Assembly (NCBI RefSeq): GCF_964213995.1
Contig: NC_135831.1
Coordinates: 3,348,001 to 3,398,197 of the forward strand
Length of the DNA stretch: 50,197 nt
Origin: Mustelus asterias
Lineage: Eukaryota
Direction: 5' to 3'
Part shown: piece by piece, positions 1 to 10,534 of the stretch
Position numbering within the stretch: position 1 is the first letter of the stretch
Layout: every line of letters begins with the position of its first letter
The notes under the pieces: model-generated
Told to the model about the DNA's origin: nothing
The model's database searches: none
Seen by the model: only the letters and a program-made list of their open reading frames with translations
Program-made: the position numbers and the translations under genes

Positions 1-68
1 GGCTTGAGGGGCCGAATGGCCTACTCCTGCTCCTATGTTTGATTTTCCAATACAAGCGCACAAAGGCG

Positions 69-1417
69 TCAGTAGGAGCCTTCGTCCGATGGTGGGGGGC
101 TCCCCATCCCACTGATGCTGGGGGTTAAGTCATCATTCAGGAGCTGCCCACTGTCGTCCCTCTCCCTGCCCCCCGGCTCGCCGTCAGGGCTGGGGGCGGG
201 GTAGATCTGCCGAGGGTCGGGCAGCAGCAGGCTGTACCGCACCAGCTTGATGCCAAAGGGCCTCCGGGCCAGCTCCCTCATGGGCACCAGGCACCTGCGG
301 TGAAAGCGGGCAACAGACAACAGGAGGAGGCAGTTCGCTAACAGCACAAGGGCGAGGGCGAGGCAGTGGAGGAGGAAGAGCAGGTAGCAGCTCGAACCCC
401 AGGGGCCCAGCGCCTCGAGGAGGCCAAACATCCGCCCCCAGCGGTTAACTGAATCCTCGGGGCTGGCGGAGGTCGGGTGGGATCGACTGGTGGCCTGAGG
501 GCTGCTGCGAACCGTCAGGGCCCCGTATCCAGGCGTGCTGGATTTGCACAGTTCCAATGGGGAAAGCTGAAAGAGGGGTCGCCCTTCCATGCTAATGGGG
601 GTATTGCAAATAATGCCTTTGTCATCGAAGGTTCCATTGCCACAAGACATTGCTCTCTCCATCAACTCCATCCATTCCATCAAATACTCAACGTCACAAT
701 TACAATGCAATGGGTTCCCAGACAGAAGGAGACAAAATGCAGGATTTATCCCAAAAATCTCCCGAGGAATTGTCCTGATCTGGTTGTTGGAGATGTCTAA
801 GGTTGTCAGATTTCTCAGGCTGTGGAGTGAGTTATTGGGGAATCTCTCAATGCGGTTCCCAGGTAGGATTAAGTGTCTGAGATTCCTCAAGGAATCAAAG
901 ATGCCATCGGGAATGACCCGGATCGCGTTCCCCTTGACGCTGAGCTCCTCCAGGGACACCAAGACGTCGAACGCTCTCTCGGGGAGATCGGGAATCTGAT
1001 TGTAGTCGAGGACCAGCTTCCTGAGGTTCCGGAGGTTCCTGAAGTCAGGAATTCTGGTCAAGGAGTTGGACGAGACATCCAACTTTTCCAAGGGGAGTGG
1101 AGAGTCCGAGTCAAAGTGTTGAATCTGGTTGTGGGAGAGATCGAGGTCTTTGAGGTGCGGGAGGCTTTGGAACGAGGTTAAGGAGACAGAGGAGAGGTTG
1201 TTGTAGTTCAGTAAGAGGATCTCTGTATCCGGTGGGAGAGAATGAGAGACGGACACAAGGGACCGGTGACTACAGTTGGTTCCTCTCTTACCTTCCAGAT
1301 CGGTGTATGAGGCACAAATCTCCGGGGGAGGAGATGTCTTGAACAAATTAACGGTGGAAATGGATATGTGGGATCTTTCTGTGCCTGTGGGCGTCTGAGG
1401 GGCCGTTCCAATGGTTG
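69..1417 (-). pseudogene. Out-of-frame 3' part of copy 1 (linker, terminal LRR domain, stalk, TM, tail); frame still open
   Basis: ORF track 69..1472 matches the C-terminal ~450 aa of the intact copy but lies beyond the frameshift stop. Confidence 0.75.
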
Positions 1418-3157
1418 TCACACGTGACAGATTCGTTCGAGCGGGAATTTGACAATCGGGATCCCATTCCATCCCGGCGGACTATAACAGACAACACTCT
1501 TGGAATCGGACTGTCCTATACTATCGTAAATACATCCTTCAACATTCCTAATCCATTCTGTAAAGTTCTCCACAGTGTCGCAATCACAATGCCACGGATT
1601 GTTGTAAAGATAGATGTAAGGGGCAAAGATGTTCTCAAAGCCTCGAGGAAATGAACTTAGATTGTTGTTTGAGATGTCAAAGGTGTCCAGGTTTTGGGCG
1701 CCTTGCAGAGAGTTCCCAGGGAATCTCTCGATTCGGTTCCCAGACAGGATTAAGCGTGAGAGTTCTTCCAACTGGTCAAAGATGCCATCGGGAATGACGC
1801 GGATCGCGTTCCCCTTGACGCTGAGCTCCTCCAGGGACACCAAGACGTCGAACGCTCTCTCGGGGAGATCGGGAATCTGATTGTGGTCGAGGACCAGCTT
1901 CCTGAGGTTGCGGAGGTTCTTGAAGTCAGGAATTCTGGTCAAGGAGTTCGACGAGAGATCCAACTTTTCCAATGGGAGAAGAGAGACCAGGTCAAAGTGT
2001 TGAATCTGGTTGTGGGAGAGATCGAGGTCTTTGAGGTACGGGAGGCTTTGGAACGAGGTTAAGGGGACAGAGGAGAGGTTGTTGTAGTTCAGTAAGAGGA
2101 TCTCTGTATCCGGTGGGAGAGGATGAGGGATGGACACAAGGGACCGGTGACTACAGTTGGTTCCTCTCTTCCCTTCCAAATCGGTGTATGAGGCACAAAT
2201 CTCCGGAAGAGGAGATGTCTTGAACAAATTAAGGGTGGAAATGGATATGTGGGATCTTTCTGTGCCGGTGGGCATTTGAGGGGTCGTTCTGATGGTTGTC
2301 ACAACGTGACAGATTTGTTCGAGCGGGAATTTGACAATCGGGATCCCTTTCCATGCCGCCGGACTAGAACAAACAACGCTCTTGGAGTCGGACTGTCCTA
2401 TACTATCGTAAATACTTCCATCAACATTCCTCATCCATTCTGTAAAGTTCTCCACAGTGTCGCAATCACAATGCCACGGATTGTTGTAAAGATAGATGTA
2501 AGGGGCAAAGATGTTCTCAAAGCCTCGAGGAAATGAACTTAGATTGTTGTTTGAGATGTCAAAGGTGTCCAGGTTTTGGGCGCCTTGCAGAGAGTTCCCA
2601 GGGAATCTCTCGATTCGGTTCCCAGACAGGATTAAGCGTGAGAGTTCTTCCAACTGGTCAAAGATGCCATCGGGAATGACGCGGATCGCGTTCCCCTTGA
2701 CGCTGAGCTCCTCCAGGGACACCAAGACGTCGAACGCTCTCTCGGGGAGATCGGGAATCTGATTGTGGTCGAGGACCAGCTTCTTGAGGTTCCGGAGGTT
2801 CTTGAAGTCAGGAATTCCGGTCAAGGAGTTGGACGAGAGATCCAACTTTTCCAATGGGAGAAGAGAGACCAGGTCAAAGTGTTGAATCTGGTTGTGGGAG
2901 AGATCGAGGTCTTTGAGGTACGGGAGGCTTTGGAACGAGGTTAAGGGGACAGAGGAGAGGTTGTTGTAGTTCAGTAAGAGGATCTCTGTATCCGGTGGGA
3001 GAGGATGAGGGATGGACACAAGGGACCGGTGACTGCAGTTGGTTCCTCTTTTACCTTCCAGATCGATATATGAGGTGCACGGGGGCGCAGATAAGGAATC
3101 CTTGAAGAGGTATTGGAGACAGAGGATTTGCAGATACAACATCCTCAATAGCCACAT
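1418..3157 (-). CDS. Copy 1 of GPIb-alpha-like LRR gene: signal peptide + 2 LRR domains, stop created by 1-bp deletion (579 aa; secreted form or pseudogene)
   Basis: Near-identical to copy 4. TGT CAC GTT GTG has become TGT CAC GTG TGA directly after the last LRRCT Cys of module 2. Confidence 0.7.
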   Translation of the reverse strand: MWLLRMLYLQILCLQYLFKDSLSAPPCTSYIDLEGKRGTNCSHRSLVSIPHPLPPDTEILLLNYNNLSSVPLTSFQSLPYLKDLDLSHNQIQHFDLVSLLPLEKLDLSSNSLTGIPDFKNLRNLKKLVLDHNQIPDLPERAFDVLVSLEELSVKGNAIRVIPDGIFDQLEELSRLILSGNRIERFPGNSLQGAQNLDTFDISNNNLSSFPRGFENIFAPYIYLYNNPWHCDCDTVENFTEWMRNVDGSIYDSIGQSDSKSVVCSSPAAWKGIPIVKFPLEQICHVVTTIRTTPQMPTGTERSHISISTLNLFKTSPLPEICASYTDLEGKRGTNCSHRSLVSIPHPLPPDTEILLLNYNNLSSVPLTSFQSLPYLKDLDLSHNQIQHFDLVSLLPLEKLDLSSNSLTRIPDFKNLRNLRKLVLDHNQIPDLPERAFDVLVSLEELSVKGNAIRVIPDGIFDQLEELSRLILSGNRIERFPGNSLQGAQNLDTFDISNNNLSSFPRGFENIFAPYIYLYNNPWHCDCDTVENFTEWIRNVEGCIYDSIGQSDSKSVVCYSPPGWNGIPIVKFPLERICHV

Positions 3158-3269
3158 TCCTAAGAGTGAAAACCAGACGCACAACAATTGTAAGTCTCGA
3201 CCATCACTTCCATACTCCTGACCCATCTCCACTGAGTGATCAACCCCTGGTCATTGACATCCCAATGGA

Positions 3270-3428
3270 AACATAGAAACTAGAAACAAGAGTAGGCCAT
3301 TACGGTCCTTCGAGCCTGCTCCACCATTCATTATTATCATGGCTGATCATCAAATTCAATATCCTGATTCCACCCCCCCCCCCGGCCTTCCCCCTCATAT
3401 CCCTTGATCCCTTTAACCCCAAGAGCTA
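3270..3428 (-). mobile_element. CR1-type LINE 3' tail fragment (also ~17551-17707, ~33094-33252, ~47477-47638)
   Basis: catagaaa tail repeat plus gtaggccatt..cttcgagcctgctccaccattca..atggctgatc, a typical elasmobranch CR1 3'UTR. Confidence 0.6.
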
Positions 3429-3454
3429 GGATTCCGGTCTCCGAAGGTGTACAC

Positions 3455-3902
3455 ATTAGGTGAATTGGCCATGGTAAATTGTCCCTTAGTGTCCAAAGGT
3501 TTGCAGGTTAGGTGGATTGGCCGTGCTAAATTGCCCCTTAGTGTCCAAAGATGTGAAGTTTAGGTGGATTTGCCATGCTAAATTATCGCTTAGTGTCCAA
3601 AGATGTGCAGGTTAGGTGGATTGGCCATGCTAAATTACCCCTTAGTGTCAAAAGATGTGCAGGTTAGGTGGATTGGCCATGCTAAATTGTCCCTTAGTGT
3701 CCAAAGATGTGCGGGTTAGGTGGATTGGCCATGTTAAACTGCCCCTGAGTGTCTAAAGATGTGCATGTTAGGTGGATCGGCTATGCAAAATTGCCCCTTA
3801 GTGTCCAAAGTTGGGTAGGTTAGGTGGATTTGCCATGCTAAATTGCCCCTCAGTGTCCAAAGATGTGAAGTTTAGGTGGATTGGCCATGCTAATTTGCCC
3901 CT
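3455..3902 (+). repeat. 52-bp minisatellite (~9 units) from the internal part of a V-SINE/HE1-like SINE (also ~17734-18181; ~33279-33778 with one more unit)
   Basis: Unit gtccaaagatgtgcaggttaggtggattggccatgctaaattgccccttagt. The same segment occurs once in the full SINE at 7217-7558. Confidence 0.9.
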
Positions 3903-4221
3903 TGTTGTCAGGGGGATTAGCAGGGTAAATACGTGGGGCTACGGGAAATGGCCTGGGTGGCATTGTTGAGGATGCAGGCTCAATGGACCTTCTGTCGGGT
4001 AGGAATTCTCCGATTCTGTCTCAAAGAGCTTCACACGGATGTTGGACGCAAATCGACAAGCGAGAAAGGGGAAAGAACTGATAGGAGGAATCAGTAAAAG
4101 CAGGGTGTAGGATGTAGGATTTAAGGAGTGTCTCAAAGAGAGAGATCGTGGGACAGACAGGTTTTGTGAAGAAATCTCAGAGCTTAAGACACAGCAGCAA
4201 ATGCAAGCCTGCCTTTGTTAT

Positions 4222-4565
4222 AACACCTAACCTGCACATCTTTGGACACTGAGGGACAACTTAGCACGGCCAATCCACCTAACCTGCACATCTTTGGACA
4301 CTGAGGGGCAACTTAGCACGGCCAATCTACCTGACCTGCACATCTTTGGACACTAAGGGGCAATTTAGCACGGCCAATCCACCTAACCTGCACATCTTTG
4401 GACACTAAGGGGCAATTTAGCATGGCCAATCCACCTAACCTGCACATCTTTGGACACTAAGGGGCAATTTAGCATGGCCAATCCACCTAACCTGCACATC
4501 TTTGGACACTAAGGGGCAATTTAGCACGGCCAATCCACCTAACCTGCACATCTTTGGACACTAAG
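4222..4565 (-). repeat. 52-bp minisatellite in opposite orientation (also ~18501-18844, ~34098-34493)
   Basis: Reverse complement of the same unit, 6-7 copies. Confidence 0.9.
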
Positions 4566-4586
4566 GATCTATGCCTCTCATAATTT

Positions 4587-4846
4587 TCATAGAATCATAA
4601 AATTCCTACGGTACAGAAGGAGGCCATTTGGCCCATCGAGTCTGCACTGACTACAATCCCACCCAGGCCCTATCCCCTTAACTCCATGCATTTACCCTGC
4701 TAGTCCTCCTGACACGAAGGGGCAATTGAACATGGCCAATCCACCCAACCCGCACATCTTTCAGACTGTGGGAGGAAACCGGAGCACCCGGAGGAAACCC
4801 ACGCCAACATGGGGAGAACGTGCCGACTCCACATGGACAGTGACCC
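4587..4846 (-). mobile_element. V-SINE/HE1-like SINE lacking tRNA head (also ~18866-19125, ~34515-34774)
   Basis: tgtgggaggaaaccggagcacccggaggaaacccacgc V-domain reverse complement plus catagaat tail. Confidence 0.7.
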
Positions 4847-5519
4847 CTTCCCTGACAGCACTCAGGGTGCACCTACACCTACATCTGCAGGTGGGTTCAA
4901 GATGGCGGCTCACCCACCACCTTCTCAAGGGGGGGTCAATTCGGGATGAGTAATAAATACCAACAGTGCCCACTCGAGGGAGTGGCAGTGGGAGTGTGCA
5001 CGGCCAAAGACTTAGTTGGAGACAAAACTGGGACTGGTCTGTGATGCTTCTCGCAGTGGAATAGCCCCATGTCTTTGCTGAAAGGCCCCAACAGGGGAAC
5101 GGGATTATACAATTCCACCTTGGGGGGGGGTGGGGTTGGGGGGGGGCAAAGTAGGGGGTTGGAGGAGGGGGTGCGGTGGTTAAGCGTCACGCCTTTGGAA
5201 AGCAGATCTTAGGACTCACCGTCCACTGCCAATACCGTGGGGACAAGGCACAGCAAGATCCCAAAATCTATGGCCAGCGGATTCTGTGCGGAAGATCTCG
5301 CGGGGATATTAGATTTTTCTGCTGGTTCAGTTGGACATGCCTGCTCTCTCCACCGACCCGTGTCGCTGTGTTAGTCAGAGAGACCTTTGCCCCAATGACC
5401 ACTGGTTCCAATTTGAGGCCCTGCCCACTGGACCCTGCCCCTTCCCAGCATTCAGTGCACAGCCCTCCCTCCCCCACACCACCCAAGGGCCCTGGGCCAA
5501 ACTCTGTTTTTTTAAAAAA

Positions 5520-5825
5520 AGTTTACTTATTCGTCACAAATATGTCTTACATTAACGCTGCAATGAAGTTACTGTGAGAATCCCCCAGTCGCCCCACACT
5601 CCAGCGCCTGTTGGGGTAACACTGAAGGAGAATTTAGCATGGCCAATTCACCCGAACCAACACGTCTTTCGGACTGTGGGAGGAAACCGGAGCACCCGGA
5701 GGAAACCCACGCAGACACGGGGAGAACGTGCAGACTCCACACAGACAGCGACCCCAAGCCGGGAATCGAACCCGGGTCCCTGGGGCTGTGAGGCAGCAGT
5801 GCTAACCACGGCGCCACCATGCCCT
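5520..5825 (-). mobile_element. tRNA-derived V-domain SINE with a different 3' tail (also ~19799-20104, ~35447-35752)
   Basis: Minus-strand A box (TGGCGCCGTGG) and B box (GGTTCGATTCC), V-domain, and a tail ending tgtgacgaataagtaaac. Confidence 0.7.
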
Positions 5826-6069
5826 GGAATGATGGGCTCAAAGGTGAGGGAGTTTAAAACTAGAGGGCATAGGTTTAAGGTGAGAGGGGGAGAGATACAA
5901 AAGTGTCCAGAGAGGTAATGTTTTCACACAGAGGGTAAGATGGGTACAGAGGGATATGGGCCAAACGTGGGCAATTGGGACGAGCTTAATCGTTTAAAAA
6001 AAAGGGCGGCATGGACAAGCTGGGTGGGAGGGCCTGATTCCATGCTGTAAACCTCTGTGACTCCATGTG

Positions 6070-7005
6070 ATTCATAGAATCCCGACAGTGCAGAAGGAGG
6101 CCATTCAGTTCATCAAGTCTGCACCGAGCACATTCCCACACGGGCCCCATTCCCAAAACCCCCTGCATATACCCAAGCTAGTCCCCTTGACATTCAGGGG
6201 CAATTTAGCGTGGCCAATCCACCTAACCTGCACATCTTTGGACACTAAGGGGCAATTTAGCATGGCCAATCCACCTAACACGCACATCTTTGGACACTAA
6301 GGGGCAATTTAGCATGGCCAATCCACCTAACCTGCACATCTTTGGACACTAAGGGATAATTTAGCATGGCCAATCCACCTAACCTGCACATCTTTGGACA
6401 CTAAGGGACAATTGAGCATGGCCAATCCACCTAACCTGCACATCTTTGGACACTAAGGGACAATTTAGCATGGCCAATCCACCTAACCCACACATCTTTG
6501 GACACTAAGGGGCAATTTAACATGGCCAATCCACCTAACCTACACATCTTTGGACACTGAGGGGCAATTCAGCATGGCCAATCCACCTAACCTACACATC
6601 TTTGGACACTAAGGGGCAATTTAACATGGCCAATCCACCTAACCTGCACATCTTTGGACACTAAGGGGCAATTTAGCATGGCCAATCCACCTAACCTACA
6701 CATCTTTGGACACTAAGGGGCAATTTAGCATGGCCAATCCACCTAACCTACACATCTTTGGATACTAAGGGGCAATTTAACATGGCCAATCCACCTAACC
6801 TACACATCTTTGGATACTAAGGGGCAATTTAACATGGCCTAAGCACCGAACCCGCACCTCATCTTAGACAGTGTGAGGAAACCGGAGCACCCGGAGGAAA
6901 CCCACGCAGACACGGGGAGAGTGTGCAGACTCCGCACAGACAGTGACCCAAGCCGAGAATCGAACCTGGTTCTGTGAGGCAGCAGTGCTAACCCACTGTG
7001 CCACC
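6070..7005 (-). mobile_element. V-SINE whose internal 52-bp segment is amplified ~12-14x (array ~6195-6840; also ~20349-21284, ~35997-37036)
   Basis: SINE tail at left, head (B box GGTTCGATTC) at right, tandem 52-mers in between. Confidence 0.8.
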
Positions 7006-7216
7006 CCTGCTTCTGGTTTCTATGTAGCTTGTTTTTTCAGAACTCCTGCGAATGGCCGTGGGGGGAACGTCTCGTCATGTGAAAGGCGTTAGCGAAGGCA
7101 CAGGTTGTTGTTGTACACGGCGTGGCCGGATTCAGCCATGGCAACGGTAACTGTGAGAGACAAGCATGCTGGGAATTATAGCCAAGCTGGGTCGGACACA
7201 GATGCAGGTCAGAGAA

Positions 7217-7558
7217 GGGCGGCACGGTGGCACAGTGGTTAGCACTGCTGCTTCACAGCTCCAGGGTCCCGGGTTCGATTCTCGGCTTGGGTCACTGTCT
7301 GTGTGGAGTTTGCACATTCTCCTCGTGTCTGCGTGGGTTTCCTCCGGGTGCTCCGGTTTCATCCCACAGTCCAAAGATGTGTGGGTTAGGTTGATTGGCC
7401 ATGCTAAAAATAAATTGCCCCTTAGAGTCCTGAGATGCGTAGGTTAGAGGGATTAGCGGGTAAATATGTGGGGGTAGGGCCTGGGTGGGATTGTGGTCGG
7501 TGCAGACTCGATGGGCCGAATGGCCTCCTTCTGCACTGTAGGGTTTCTATGATTTCTA
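7217..7558 (+). mobile_element. Full-length tRNA-derived V-SINE (HE1-like) (also 21495-21836, 37247-37588)
   Basis: A box TGGCACAGTGG, B box GGTTCGATTC, V-domain GTGTGGAGTTTGCACATTCTCC..GGGTTTCCTCCGGGTGCTCCGG, and CR1-type tail gggccgaatggcctccttctgcactgtaggg..ctatg. Confidence 0.85.
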
Positions 7559-7581
7559 AGGCTACACCATTAAAGGAAAGA

Positions 7582-8850
7582 CATAGAAAAATAGAAACAT
7601 AGAAAAACCACAGCACAAAACAGGCCCTTCGGCCCCACAAGTTGTGCCGAACATATCCCTACCTTTTAGGCCTACCTATAACCCTCCATCCTATTAAGTC
7701 CCATGTACTCATCCAGGAGTCTCTTAAAAGACCCTATTGAGTTTGCCTCCACCACCACTGACGGCAGCCGATTCCACTCGCCCACCACCCTCTGTGTGAA
7801 AAACTTCCCCCTAACATCTCCCCTGTACCTACCCCCCAGCACCTTAAACCTGTGTCCTCTCGTAGCAGCCATTTCCACCCTGGGAAAAAGCCTCTGAGAG
7901 TCCACCCGATCTATGCCTCTCAACATCTTATATACCTCTATTAGGCCTCCTCTCATCCTACGTCTCTCCAAGGAGAAAAGACCGAGCTCCCTCAGCCTAT
8001 CCTCATAAGGCATGCCACTCAATCCAGGCAACATCCTTGTAAATCTCCTCTGCACCCTTTCAATCTTTTCCACATCCTTCCTGTAATGAGGCGACCAGAA
8101 CTGAGCACAGTACTCCAAGTGGGGTCTGACGAGGGTCTTATATAACTGCATCATTATCCCTGGACTCCTAAACTCAATCCCTCGATTGATAAAGGCCAGC
8201 ACACCATACGCCTTCTTAACCACCTCCTCCACCTGCGGGGCCGATTTTAGAGTCCTATGGACCCGGACCCCAAGGTCCTTCCGATCCTCTACAGTACTAA
8301 GAGTCTTTCCCTTTATATTGTACTCCTTCATCCCATTTGACCTGCCAAAATGGACCACTACGCATTTATCTGGGTTGAAGTCCATCTGCCACTTCACCGC
8401 CCAGTCTTGTATCCCATCTATGTCCCTCTGTAACCTCTGACATCCCTCCAGACTATCCACAACCCCACCAACCTTCGTGTCGTCGGCAAACGTACCAACC
8501 CATCCCTCCACTTCCTCATCCAGGTCATTTATGAAAATGACAAACAGCAAGGGCCCCAGAACAGATCCCTGGGGCACCCCACTGGTGACCGACCTCCATT
8601 TAGAAAATGATCCATCTATACCCACTCTCTGCCTCCTTTGGGCAAGCCAGTTCTGGATCCACAGGGCAGCAGCCCCTTGGATGCCATGCCCTCTCACTTT
8701 TTCTAGAAGCCTTGCATGGGGAACCTTATCGAACGCCTTGCTAAAATCCATATAAACCACATCTACCGCCTTCCCTTCGTCAATGTGTTTAGTCACATTT
8801 TCGAAGAACTCCACCAGGCTCGGAAGGCACGATCTGCCTTTGACAAAGCC
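7582..8850 (-). mobile_element. 5'-truncated CR1-clade LINE with open RT/C-terminal ORF2 (7672..8850)
   Basis: GFVKGRSCL, DFSKAFDKVPH, GVPQGSVLGPLLF, FADDTK, RPHLEYC..WSP; (tttctatg) tail. Confidence 0.92.
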
Positions 8851-9335
8851 AAAGATATTGACAAACTGGAAAGAGTGCAGAGAAGATTTACCAGAATGTT
8901 GCCAGGACTGGTGGGCCTGGGTTTTAGGGAGCGGTTGGCCAAACTAGGACTTTATTCCTTGGGACATAGGAGAATGAGTGACGTATCTGAGGCGTTTAAA
9001 ACCACGAGGGGCAGAGATAGGAAGAACGCACAAAGTCTTTATCCCAGGATAGAGGGAATTGAAAACCGGAGGGCAGAGGTTAAAGGTGAGAGGGGAAAGG
9101 GACCTGAGGGGCACCTTCCTGACGCAGAGGGTGGTGCCTGTATGGAATGCCAAAGAAAGTGGTCGAGGCAGGTATAATAGCGACATTTAGAAAGCATTTG
9201 GATAAGTACAGGGATGGGAAAGAATTAGAGGGATATGGGCCAAACGCGGGCAATTGGGACTAGCTAGGAGAGCAGCATGGATCGGTTGGGCCGAATAGCC
9301 TGTTCCCATGCTGTGGTGCTCCATGACCCTATGAC
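8851..9335 (+). mobile_element. Older degenerate CR1 3' fragment, head-to-head with the young CR1 (also ~23129-23613, ~38881-39365)
   Basis: KDIDKLERVQRRFTRMLPGL..RLAKLGLYSL followed by frameshifts and a CR1-type 3'UTR. Confidence 0.8.
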
Positions 9336-9807
9336 CTGTCCTGGGAGAGGTTACTTGACATTCCTTTGTTGACCAATTAAGGATGGTTGTTTAGGCCGGT
9401 GTTAGGCATCCCCTGAGCCTTTGTCACCATACACGGTGAGGCTACGTACCTTACATGCCGCCCTGGTATAACCGTTTGGGAGTGGCTGACGAGTAACTCC
9501 ACTGGCTACAATCGAATATTGCCATCAGTTTCCGGTGGTGTCATTGGCTGGAGTCCAGAGAACTTTCTGGAAGGATGTGCGAAGCTTAAGATAAAAGAAG
9601 TCTTTGTCCTCGCCAGAAGTGTGAGAATGGCATTGGCAACGTGTGCCCCGAAGATAGCTTCAGAGAAGGACCGAGAGGAAGATTCGTACTGGGAAGCGGA
9701 CCTGGCCAGTTCACCCATGTGGGTAGTATTTGCATTCACTCAAAAACTTAAAGATAAAGAGTTCAAATTGGAACTAAAATTAAACTAGAGTTTGGCCACT
9801 TTGCACG

Positions 9808-10350
9808 TTTTATTATTGTATTGGGATAGAGTGAAAAGTATTGTTTCTTGCGCGCTATACAGACAAAGCATACCGTTCATAGAGTACATAGGGGAGAAGG
9901 ATTTGATTTATTATTGTCACATGTATTGGGATAGAGTGAAAAGTATTGTTTCTTGCGCGCTGTACAGACAAAGCATACCGTTCATAGAGTACATAGGGGA
10001 GAAGGATTTGATTTATTATTGTCACATGTATTGGGATAGAGTGAAAAGTATTGTTTCTTGCGCGCTATACAGACAAAGCATACCGTTCATAGAGTACATA
10101 GGGGAGAAGGATTTGATTTATTATTGTCACATGTATTGGGATACAGTGAAAAGTATTGTTTCTTGCACGCTGTGTGGACAAAGCATACCGTTCATAGAGA
10201 AGGAAAGGAGAGAGTGCAGAATGCAGTGTTACAGCCCTAGCTAGGGTGTAGAGAAAGATCAACTTAATGCGAGGTCGGTCCATTCAAAAGTCTGACAGCA
10301 GCAGGGAAGAAGCTGTTCTTGAGACGGTTGGTACGTGACCTCAGACTTTT
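9808..10350 (-). mobile_element. Rex1/Babar-type LINE 3' end whose tail is amplified as a 105-bp VNTR (4 units; 7 at ~24095-24957; 3 at ~39838-40275)
   Basis: Minus strand reads ..RLKNSFFPAAVRLLN.. then the 3'UTR. The 35-aa pseudo-repeat YWDRVKSIVSC.. in the ORF track corresponds to the 105-bp period. Confidence 0.75.
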
Positions 10351-10534
10351 GTGGCTTTAAGATTCTGAGGGCTGTTGACAGGGTGGGATGTGGAGAGGAT
10401 CTTTCTTCTTGTGGGAGAAACTGGAACTAGGGGGCCAGTGTTTAAAAATAAGGGGGACCCATTTGAGACGGAGATGGGGAGAAATGTTTACTCTTAGAGG
10501 GCGATGACTCTCTGGAACTCTCTTCCTCAAGAGA

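Noticed and set aside
1571-1610. CACAGTG heptamer in each LRR module as a V(D)J recombination signal
   Set aside because: No ACAAAAACC-like nonamer at 12 or 23 bp. The heptamer is simply the coding sequence for CDTV.
477-2762. Plus-strand ORFs antisense to the LRR genes (and copies)
   Set aside because: They are shadows of the coding strand, repeated at the 882-bp period, with no recognisable domains.
7217-7290. tRNA genes at A/B-box sequences
   Set aside because: They continue into V-domain and LINE-type tails, so they are SINE heads.
8716-9177. Twin-priming 5' inversion or fusion ORF at the CR1/CR1 junction
   Set aside because: The two pieces cover the same ORF2 region and are clearly diverged from each other, so they are two independent insertions and the spanning ORF is incidental.
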